Positions 53,932-64,000 of a DNA stretch of 64,000 nucleotides are shown one piece after another. Origin of the DNA: Octopus vulgaris. Lineage: Eukaryota. The position numbers and the translations under genes are program-made. Under the pieces are notes generated by a model, which did not search any database, was not told where the DNA came from, and saw only the letters and a list, made by a program, of their open reading frames with translations. Location: contig OX597816.1 in assembly GCA_951406725.2 (NCBI GenBank), forward strand, positions 146,630,001 to 146,694,000. Direction: 5' to 3'. Position 1 is the first letter of the stretch, and every line of letters starts with the position of its first letter.

Positions 53932-56454
53932 GTGTGACTGATTTATTAATGAAATATTCCTTATCACAGGATGGTAAGATCTTCACAATACTTCATGATA
54001 CAGAAATTACAAAACAAAACGTTTAATAATGGCTCTAATAAGGTATTGGCTATTCAGTGAGGACGGGTATGAAATTAATATAAGGGACTACTCAATATCA
54101 AAAATTGCTCACATTTTCTTCACACTGATTTTATTTCATTTTATAAATTTGTTTGCAAATCATATTATCCCGATAGTGTCTCCACATCGCATACTATATC
54201 TTCTTATGCTACCACACAAATCTTTGATCGAAAGCGTTGATTCATATGAAAAAATCTCACAGTATATATTTATTTTCATGACCTATTGTATTCTCGGTTA
54301 GTTAGCCTCTCAAAGCAGCACTACTCTTCCTAGGAAAATGCGTTCAGCGACCTAACAGGAAAGGAACAACTTTATTATATAATGCAGAGAACTGTTTTCT
54401 TTCTCCTCTTTTCTCTCGATTAATGTTTTCAAATTTTATTGCGTGTTATTTACATTTCTTTCAACAGAACCGTTCAAAGCGTTTTGCGAGTCAACATATG
54501 TTTGCATCATTCCACGACCAGCAAATCCATTGCGTGTAGTAAAACTGCATATGCTTTTTTCTCATTTACTTCTGCTATGCTCAATTCTAGTATATTACAT
54601 ATAATTGTAAAATGCGAAGTCCAGTCGAGGGTAGTTATGGATGAATTTAATTTAAAAAACACACAAAAAACGAAGCTTTACACTACTGAGTAGAAATATA
54701 CAATTGTATAAGAATTGAAATGTAAATAAAATAGTACAGCCTTCTCATTTACCTGGAATTAACAGTTTTCTTTTAGTGCTTGATGTCTACATAGCTACAA
54801 AGTGACACATTGCAGTTAACCACCCATGTATTTCGTTGGTTATACCGGCTTGCAATAAGAACTGTCAATACCCTCCTGATGATAAGATAGAGCTTTTCCT
54901 TCTAGTGTTTGTTTGTAATGTTTGGCTGTGATCAACTGATATGAAAAGAGAAAGCAAGGAACCACGAAATATTTCTTAAAAAAAACACGATTCATGATAA
55001 CGCAGATGTTTTGTGGTATGTTCAAGGGTGGGCAGGATATCGTCGTTTGGCTTTCATTCTTATGCGTGCCTATCAACATATTTCATTGAATTGAAATTAT
55101 ACTCTCATAAACCCAAATGTATATCAGCGGTAGAAACTCTACGATTGGAAAACTTTGCAAACAGTATCCTACGCATGATTCTGTATTTCTGTTCTCGAAT
55201 ATCTTGGGGGGGGGGGGGAGGTCTTGTCTTCACAAAACTTGTATATACATCGCTATTGATCAGTATTTGATAGAAGTGCAAATCATAGTAATAAATAATA
55301 TTTAACCAGACCACATGTTAATACTATTATTCCTTCTAAAATTATCCAGCTTTGTGAAAGCCTTGAAATTTATTTTATACATTTGTTTAAGCAAATATCA
55401 GCACCAAACTTGCAAACGAGCGGCAATAGAGCATAAAGTGTGATTAATGTATGGTGTTTGTACAACTATTTCAGCTCAACTCGTGTCACCAATATATGTA
55501 GAAGCTACTTAAACAACCCAGCGGTTATTTTCCTTCTCCTAAATTCGACTCTAGTGTTCATACCATACAAATGAATATTTCTGACGCCACAAACTTTATG
55601 AAACAGTATATCGCACTAATTATTACAATGAAACGCTTGGTGTTCCATTTTGAAGTAGCTTGATGGGAGAAAGTAAAACTTGAATAAATATAGGCATCAG
55701 ATTATTGTAGTTTCAAATACTTGTCACAATGTTATAATTAATAATTTCGAAGAATTAATCTAAAATTCATAGAAAAGACGCGGTATTCACTAAATTACAA
55801 TTAATGAAATACGACATTCTAAAACTTCGAATTTAGAAACTAATCATACTAATCTTTATACCAAAACTCAAATTGTTTCTATATAATGCAATTAGTGTAA
55901 TACCAAGATTGAATAGGCAATATGAAGCTTATAAACTAAACCAATATGAATATGCATTTTAGTATTTGCTCTGTCTAAGGAAAAATTAAAACGAGACGCT
56001 CAAAACTAACAAATTATATAAATTAAACGTACGATAAAGAATGTCATAATCATTAAGCATTTAATTTAAAATGCATCGTGTATGTCAGATGTAATTAACG
56101 ATTCTTCTTACTGTGTTTAACTATAAAATCAGAAAAAGCCGAATCATATGAATTCATGGATAAGTGTCAGGCTCAGAAGTAGCAACACGAAAATCGAATT
56201 TATTAATCCTATAATGACATTTCAATTCTGCATAAACTACAACCACATCATTCTCATAAAATGTTGTATATTTTTTAAAACTTATGTTTTAGCGTTTTAA
56301 CTATGTCGGGATCAGAAACAAATTAATTGAGTATTCTGAAAAAAAACAACAACAAAAAAACAGAAAAGAAAACGTTTAAGATATAAAAAGTGTGCATAAA
56401 GTAACATAATTCTGATACAAATTACTTGAAGTGCAAAGTTACTGAATAATCGTT

Positions 56455-56640
56455 TTTATCCTTTGCTTCTTTCAGTCATTTAACTGCGGCTATGCTGGGG
56501 AAGCCACTTTGAAGGATTTTGGTAGAGCAGATCGATCGCAACAGCTTTTTTTCTGTTCAAATCCTGGTACTTATTACATCGGTCTCTTTTTGCGAAGTTT
56601 TAAATCTCGGGAATTTAAACAAATCAAAAACCACCGGTCG
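56455..56640 (-). mobile_element. 3' half of the microsatellite-bearing SINE
   Basis: TTTCAGTCATTTAACTGCGGCTATGCTGGGG is the reverse complement of the tail. Confidence 0.6.
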
Positions 56641-56734
56641 TAATATGTGTGTGTGTTGTAGTATGCTACATTATATTATTTTATGTTATATTATGTTATG
56701 TTATATGTTATGTTATATGTTATATTATATAATA

Positions 56735-56868
56735 TGCTTGTGTCTGAGTGATAAGAAGCTTGCTGGGTACTCGGTCCACTGCGTGGCATCTTCAGCAAGT
56801 GACTTCTTCTATAGACTAGGGTCGACCAGTGCCCTGTGAGTGAATTTGAAATTCGGAAATTGAAGTAT

Positions 56869-56934
<66 letters not shown>

Positions 56935-57175
56935 TTATACATACATATATGTGTGTGCTTATATTTGTGTTTCTATTTGTCTTCCATCACCACTTGACAA
57001 CAGGTGCTGGTGTGTTTACTTTACGTAACCAAGCGGTTCGGTAGAGTAGGGCAATAGAATAAGTACCAGGTTGAAACAGTGAGTACTGGGGGTTAGTCAT
57101 TCGACTAAAATTTCTGCAAAGCGGTGCCTCAGCATTGTCTCAAACTAATGAATGAAGCATGTAAAGGATGAAAAT
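56735..57175 (+). mobile_element. SINE with internal CA/TA/TG microsatellite and LINE-like 3' tail
   Basis: 5' half CCACTGCGTGGCA...TGTGAGTGAATTTG, microsatellite, 3' half TTGACAAC...AGAATAAGTACCAGG...GCGGTGCCTCAGCAT. Confidence 0.75.
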
Positions 57176-57218
57176 GTAAAAGACGTACGTATATATAAGT
57201 CATTATTTGGTCATTGAA

Positions 57219-57436
57219 AGGCGGCGAGCTGGCAGAAACGTTAGCATGCCGGGCGAAATGCTTAACGGTATTTCGTTTGTCTTTACGTTTTGAGTTCAAA
57301 TTCCACCGAGATTCACTTTGCTTTTCATCCTTTCGGGCTCCATAATTTAAGTACTAATTGCGTACTGGGGTCGATCTAATCGACTGGCCCCTCGCCCCAA
57401 ATTTCGGGCCTTGTGTCTAGAATAGAAAAGATTATT
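57219..57436 (+). mobile_element. Full-length SINE with MetaSINE-like central domain; 14-bp target-site duplication
   Basis: AGGCGGCGAGCTGGCAGAA head, GAGTTCAAATTCC B-box, CTTTGC.TTTCATCCTTTCGGG domain; ATTATTTGG(T/A)CATT at 57202 and 57431. Confidence 0.85.
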
Positions 57437-57574
57437 TGGACATTAGGTATACGGTTAGGAGTACGTCAATTAAGACACTTTTAATGTTTAGGCAGCCTGA
57501 CGACATCCAGTGTTCTTTTTATTTAAGTGTGACTGGCTCAACCACAGGAATTCCACAGCGTGTGCCGAACTTAA

Positions 57575-57860
57575 AATGAATGAAGGAAACGAGAAATGGA
57601 GTTCACGAAACCCTATATTCATCATAATGTTCGTTTTGACCCACTTTGCATCAGTCCCTTGTGGGCGGGATACTATGCAAGAGGTTGTGTTGCATCCACT
57701 GGTGCAAATAAATCAACTAGACACTGGAACATATGCTTCAGCACAACAGAGCCACTTTGCCGTATCCCACCCGCATGCGATCGATGCAAGATGGTTCGAA
57801 ATAATCGTTGTAATGAATAAAGAGTCTTGTGAACTCCATTTTCCGTTTCCCTCATTCATT
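57575..57860. repeat. Diverged foldback/MITE-like inverted repeat, ~120-bp arms
   Basis: AATGAATGAAGGAAACGAGAAATGGAGTTCAC / GTGAACTCCATTTTCCGTTTCCCTCATTCATT; ORFs on both strands read MNEGNxKWSS. Confidence 0.8.
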
Positions 57861-57863
57861 GTG

Positions 57864-58006
<143 letters not shown>

Positions 58007-58363
58007 ATGGCAGGCCTCTTTAAACAGAACAAATCTGCTCACATGTCTTTGGTCGATACGGGGCTACAGTGGAAAAATGTTCACCCAATACACTCGAAAC
58101 TTATTCAATTGTCATTGCTTCATATTCAGTCAAGCGAAGATAGAGAGATATTATCAAATATTAGTAATAGTTTATTACCTGAAAGTATACAAGAAATGAA
58201 ATAGAACTATGAAAATAATTACAGCAGTATGTATAAATATAGTATATAACGTTACAAGAAGAATATTCGTAACAAGTTTAATTTATGCATGTCAATGACC
58301 CTAAATTACCTATATAGGTTTCACAATGTTGACAGATATACCTTGTATTCATGTACAAATGTA

Positions 58364-58465
58364 TCTATTAAATATTGATAGTTTTACCTGATTAATATAT
58401 CTATTAAATATTAATAGTTTTACCCGATTAATATGTCTATTAAATATTAATAGTTTTACCCGATT
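58364..58465. repeat. 36-bp minisatellite, ~3 copies
   Basis: TCTATTAAATATT(G/A)ATAGTTTTACC(T/C)GATT at 58364, 58400, 58436. Confidence 0.92.
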
Positions 58466-59454
58466 TTTCAAAATACTGCTTTAAATCAATAGCAAAAATA
58501 CCTCCTGCGTTTTCCATGTATAACAGTTGAACGTTTTTTGCGATTTTTCTGTTTTTTTTTTTTTTTTTACTTTGCGTTCTGAAGTTTATTCACTGAAAAG
58601 GAACATATCTGTTTATTTCGATATTTTAAGGTATGCAACGAGTTTTATGGATTTGCTCGGGCAGCACAGACAAGCATTTACGAAATGTGTTCACTGTAAG
58701 CATTTAGTAAGAGAATTTTGTGCCCTTTCAGAGATTAAATGTAATATTCTAGATATGAGTCATTATAGTATAAAACGTTAACACTTCAGGTACTTCTAAG
58801 GTTATAAGCAATTAATTGAATTGAAATCCAATATGAACTACATGTACATTTGTTATAGTTCCATATTGTTATAGTTTGAACGATAATACCCACCACGTGT
58901 TTGTTTCGCATATATCTGAAAAGAAATAAATGAATAAAGATATTCGTTGTTGTCTCTTGCGTAGAAAAATGTCCTCAAACATTATGAATAAAATCTAATG
59001 CGTTAAAACAAGGTAAATGAAATATATATGCGAGAGTGTGTGTACCTGTATTTGTGCGTGTGCATGCTTATGTATGTCTTATAGTCTGTGGATGGTATGC
59101 ACATATATATGTATATATTACATAAAAATATACAATATACATATGTGTGTAGTGGGGTAAATGAGAGCGTGTGCGTCGTCTAGCGAGTGGATTAGGTAAT
59201 GACCGCCGATTCGGATAGTGTAGGACGGCGCCGTTGTCTTCTAAGAAGTTTTTATCTCCACGGTCTCACTTCCCTCAATATATAGTCAAATGAAGGCGAC
59301 CGAACTTCCCTGTTGAATCTAGGACATTTATCCCGCTGCCCAATGACCACCCCCAGGAAAATAACCCCTCCAACCGCCCCCAGAGGACGACAAACTTCTT
59401 AATGTATTAGGGAGTGGGGAATTAACCAAAAGTGCTAATACTCCTAGGGGGTAG

Positions 59455-59465
59455 TTATTATTATT

Positions 59466-59547
<82 letters not shown>
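59455..59547. repeat. (TCA)n/(TTA)n microsatellite at the 3' end of a Dong-like element
   Basis: Direct reading. Confidence 0.95.
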
Positions 59548-59549
<2 letters not shown>

Positions 59550-60380
59550 TAGTTTTATTTTTATAGCGTGCTTTCACTTCACTACCGAGCACAGCTCTGT
59601 GTGCCTTAGGTATGTGCTGTGATTTGTTGTGATGCTCTGATGGTTATTATATGGAAAGTGTTCTGCGTAGGATGTGTGCAGTGCCTAGTAGTGCAATCGT
59701 CTGTATGTTATATGTGTTTGTAAGTCCTGGTGTTTTTGTTATGTATTTGTCTGAATATTTTTTATCATGCCTAATGCACATACTATGATAGGAATTGTTT
59801 CTGTTTTCAGATTCCACATTCTGGTTACCTCTATTTCCCGGTCTTTGAATTTTGAAAGTTTCTCCATTTCTTTTTGAGAAGCGTTGTCATCTGCCGGTAT
59901 TGATACATCAATTAGAAGGCATTGTTTTCTTCATGGTCTCTGACAACTATATCTGGTCTATTGGCCTTAATTTCTCTATCTGTGTGTATCGGCATATCCC
60001 AGAGTATGGTTGCTTTCTCGTTTTCTGTGACCTTTTCTGGTGTGTGCCTATACCATCTTTTTTCTGTTGTTATTCCATAATGTTGGCATAGCTTCCAGTG
60101 TATGTAGGTTCCAACTCTGTCATGTCTGTGAATATATTCCTTCTTAGCCAGGACTGGGCAGCCAGAGATAATATGATTTATTGTTTCTTGTCCATCTCCA
60201 CATATTCTGCAGTTATTTGTTATGTTTCTTTTCATTACATGTTTTTGGTAATTTCTGGTGGGGAGGCTTTGGTCTTGTGCTGCAATTAAAAATCCCTTTG
60301 TCTCTGCTTTGAGTCCTGAGCTTCTCAACCATTGCCGGGATTTTTCTTTGTCTATTTCTTTTGCGTTTAGTTTAGTCCAG
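59548..60380 (-). mobile_element. 5'-truncated R4/Dong-like non-LTR element (CCHC knuckle + restriction-like endonuclease) in a (TAA)n tract
   Basis: ORF 59912-60328: AAQDQSL, CRICGDGQETINHIISGC, RHDRV, ANRPDIVV; flanked by TTA/TAT trinucleotide repeats on both sides. Confidence 0.9.
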
Positions 60381-60437
60381 TATTATTATTATTATTATTA
60401 TTATTGTTGTTGTTGTTGTTGTTGTTGTTATTATATA

Positions 60438-61695
60438 TTAGCCTTTAATAAATTTAATCTTTGTACCGTTATTAATTCATACTCAGCTTATTATATAAGG
60501 TAATACCGGTATCTCCACAACTTGAAATATTTAGATTTAATTAAATTAGTATATATTTAACATGTTCTTTAACCTCAGAACCCCCTTATTAAATACCAGT
60601 TAAATTAAATTGCTGAATCTCCATAGGAAGCATCTAATAAGTTAATAATTAAATATATAATAAGTAACAAATATTAAATTATTTCTCTGTAATTTTCTTT
60701 TCCTCCCTGTATTATGGTAAAATTTGGTATATACTCAAAATAGTCAAAGAAATTTTATCCTTTTGTTATGATATCATTCTTAAGAACCTTCTTGATTACC
60801 CTAAATTTTAATTTTATACAATAAGACAATATTGTTTGAAATTATCTTTATAAGTTACTTGATTTAACCTTTTCTTAAATGGCCCTACCCTCCTGATCTT
60901 AGTATTTATAAAGGCCATAATATAAATAGCCCTTCTAAAGAAGTACCACTAAGAAACAATAAATATCATGTAGGTGTTAACAATAATAACTTCTTAAACT
61001 TATAATATAACAGTTTATATTTTGATTAGTGTAAAATATGAATGTCCTATAGCTTAAATATTCCTTTAGCTGATACCAGGTATCAGTCTTTTATTGATAT
61101 TAGATAAATAGGTAAATATATAATTTTTAGTCTAATATATTTTGAATTATTATACATTTTCGATAAAACTTCTCTATTGGTGTTGATAAGCTACATATAC
61201 TTTATCGTGATTTTAATGATTCAGCTATTTTATTTCTTTTTCTAATGTATTTTGCCATATTGGTTATTTTATTTCTTTATTATTTTATTGTTAGCTTTTT
61301 TTATTTATAAATTTAATCTCATTTTTGTACCTATATTAAGTCATACTTAGCTTATATACTATACTGCTATAGTCGCTACCTATAAAAACTGCTTAGCTTA
61401 TAATTATATTAATATACAATTAGCATGTTCTTTTACCTCAATACTATGTTATTAATACCAGTATATACCAAATTAGTCAATATTCACAGATATCGTCTGA
61501 TGAGTTAGTATTTAAGTGTATAATATATATAAATATTAAACTATTTCTGGATAATTTATTTTCCTCCCCCTATTGTAGAAAAATTTTGGTATATACTCAA
61601 AAGTATTCAAGAATTTCTATTCTTTTGTTAAAACATTCTTCTTAATCATCCTCTGAATAACTCTAAACTTTAAATGTATACAATATAGCAACATT
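60438..61695. repeat. Diverged ~400-bp direct duplication (60438-60835 vs 61291-61695)
   Basis: Colinear anchors ATAAATTTAATCT, TCATACT.AGCTTA, CATGTTCTTT.ACCTCA, AATACCAGT, TTTTCCTCCC, TTTGGTATATACTCAAAA at ~860-bp offset. Confidence 0.8.
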
Positions 61696-62372
61696 AAAAA
61701 AATATTTCAACTATAGTACTACATGATAAGAATTCCTCTGTTTCATTATCAATGGTGTGCTAGTGGGCGATCCCCTTAATTCCCAGCTAACATCTTGTTT
61801 CAAGTTTTCCTTTACCATACCTCGTGATATTGCTTCTAATAAATCTTGATGTTTATGACAATACCAACTATGATATCTGTCTGCTCCCTCAGCCCTATCC
61901 CTAACATTCATTGCATATTTGTTCTCTCAGCCTTATGTATAAAAGGATTTGATAAACTAGTCTATAAATTGAAACTGACCCCATAAAAACAAAAGACAGT
62001 GACAGGTAGACTCTGTAACAATGTATATCTTCTTGATACCTTAGTAGCTTCTATGCTGGTGAGAAGGGAGCATGTTCTTTGTCCATCTTCTTAACTTCTT
62101 GGAGATTTTAAGTATAATTATACTAATGTGTCCATCTGTTTTAATTTAATCAAATTCTATGTCTTTGTGCAGCTGAGGATTGCTCTGCATTTAAATTCAT
62201 GCAATGATTGCATTGTTAAATTAAATGGAGTTGCACGAAACGATCGCACTGCATTACCTCTAGATATCCTTGTAACTTACTTATTTTGAATTTAATCACC
62301 TTACTTTGAAATTGTATGTATAATAACGTACTAAATTCTGGTGCCTCAACTTAAGCATCATATTCATCTGAA

Positions 62373-62386
62373 TCTCTCTCTCTCTT

Positions 62387-62455
<69 letters not shown>
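62373..62455. repeat. (CT)n microsatellite
   Basis: Direct reading. Confidence 0.95.
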
Positions 62456-62458
<3 letters not shown>

Positions 62459-64000
62459 CATATATATATATAAGGATTATGCAACCAACTTTTCAACTAT
62501 AAAATACATTTGATCATCAAAAATGATAGTTCCTTGAACTTTCTGCACCCTCTTCTTATTCAAGCAACTGTACATATAGAACAGCCATTGCTAGCAGTGT
62601 CATTTAAGTAATAGAAAATATTTACTAATTCAAGTAAAGCACGTCTGTAATTGAGAAAGTATATTTCCCGTGCGTACTTCATGTCTATTGCTCTTAGGCA
62701 TCTGCCATATACAAAAGTCTACAATTTCCATGAATCTTCTTATCAACCATTGCATCACTTGTGAGTTGTGTGGCTTGCACTGAGTACTCTGTGTGAATCT
62801 ATTTCCCTACGGCTTTCCTACACACATTTGCACACACACACATACACAGACACTCATTCACATTCAGTTACGCACAAACATATATATATCCATTTACATA
62901 CAGACAGACGCACTTTCCTTTGAGACTGTCGGTGTTGCCGCTACTACACTGAACAATCAGCAGACATAAAAACTATATCCATGATATAAATTAAGCCTGT
63001 AGGCGCGCTCAACAGTACCGTATGAGAGATATCGACATCAAAGAAATGACATGGTAAGTGGTGAGATCGGCAAGGAAGCATTTGAAAACAACACAGTTAT
63101 GCGATATTTCAGTTTGGGATTAATAGTCGTGTCTCAATTCTGCACTCCGCGTAAACAACGTAAGACAATTGTGAGGACAATTCAGCTACTAGACGAAATC
63201 AATTCTGCATGCGGCGTCTGTGTAGTCAAGATCACATTAAGGACACGGTTTCTAAAAAACGCGGTTGGGTCACGTGACTTTGGGTTGCTGACGTGGTTAG
63301 GAAATAATAGCCATGGCTCAAACGTGTCCTCCGCGTAATCAGCGTGCGATCATTCTAAGGACAACTCAACTCCCAAATGAAAACAACAGTGCATGCTGCG
63401 TCTAGGTACGCCAGCTCGCGTTAAGGACACTGTCACTAACTAACGTGGTTGGGTTGTAGAAACCATAAATTAGTAGATTAATGTACATTCCATATTTCGG
63501 TTTATAGTCAACAGCTGGGGGGTATTTGTATGGGCTTAGAAAGAAGACTTTGATAATGAAGCTAAAAATATATAGTTAAATAAATGCTCAGGATTTAACA
63601 TATTTAAGCATAGTTTTCATAATAAACATAGTGCGTTTCAAACGGGTTTTGCTATAACAAAATGTTACCTATAGTATTACGGAAACAGACTATTATTGCT
63701 ACCACTTAGATAATGCAGTATGAAGTCTACATCAGTTCATCTATTTAATACAACCAACTTATATAATTTCAGTAGCTGTTTTTACAGGTTTGAACAGAAG
63801 CAATGCGTGGACCATGCGGGCAGTCGTATGTACTCCAAGAAAGAGGGTTTCCTGCCTTCAAGGATCCCAATACTCATTAGGTGAAATCATCTTTGGAACA
63901 TATGTAATATATGTCCCCAATTTGGAGAAAAATTATTGCGAACTTCAGAAGTTCTGCGGGTTTACAAACACACACGTACTCAGTTATATATATATATAAT

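Noticed and set aside
53547-53986. Poly-L/T/S/E/K ORFs
   Set aside because: Trinucleotide repeat artefacts
58364-58465. 36-bp repeats of CRISPR-like length
   Set aside because: Head-to-tail with no spacers and no cas genes, in eukaryotic context
59320-59455. C-run/G-run stretch resembling MITE termini
   Set aside because: No clear terminal inverted repeat or target-site duplication
61497-61520. CTGATGAG motif (similar isolated cores at ~1214, ~5965, ~45245)
   Set aside because: No stem II, GAAA or stem I partner
63788-63999. Acceptor-like TTTTTACAG followed by an open frame
   Set aside because: No recognisable protein, no donor seen, and it runs into (TA)n at the window edge

Overview
AT-rich, microsatellite-dense eukaryotic non-coding DNA. 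The SINE and LINE repertoire resembles that of Octopus/cephalopods (inference from sequence recognition, not a database search). No host protein-coding gene can be supported. The only long ORFs belong to an apparently full-length CR1/L2-group LINE on the minus strand (~20.7-25.1 kb). Its ORF1 has a Myb/SANT-like N-terminus plus a CCCH finger, and its ORF2 has an uninterrupted APE endonuclease + reverse transcriptase frame. The rest is decayed LINEs (CR1/L2-group, RTE, R4/Dong-like), tRNA-derived SINEs, a Helitron-like 5' end and simple repeats. Three signals stand out. (1) Short non-coding elements sit in (TA)n tracts, several folded into 150-220 bp palindromes and carrying type I hammerhead ribozyme motifs, including a canonical-core copy with a long stem II and a U3-A8 compensatory variant; these look like Penelope-like pLTR ends. 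(2) A candidate recursive-splice (ratchet) site at 45578/45579 is followed by a 47-nt poison exon, suggesting the window is inside a very long + strand intron. (3) The LINE shares its 3' tail with a SINE family. Repeat boundaries were estimated by eye.
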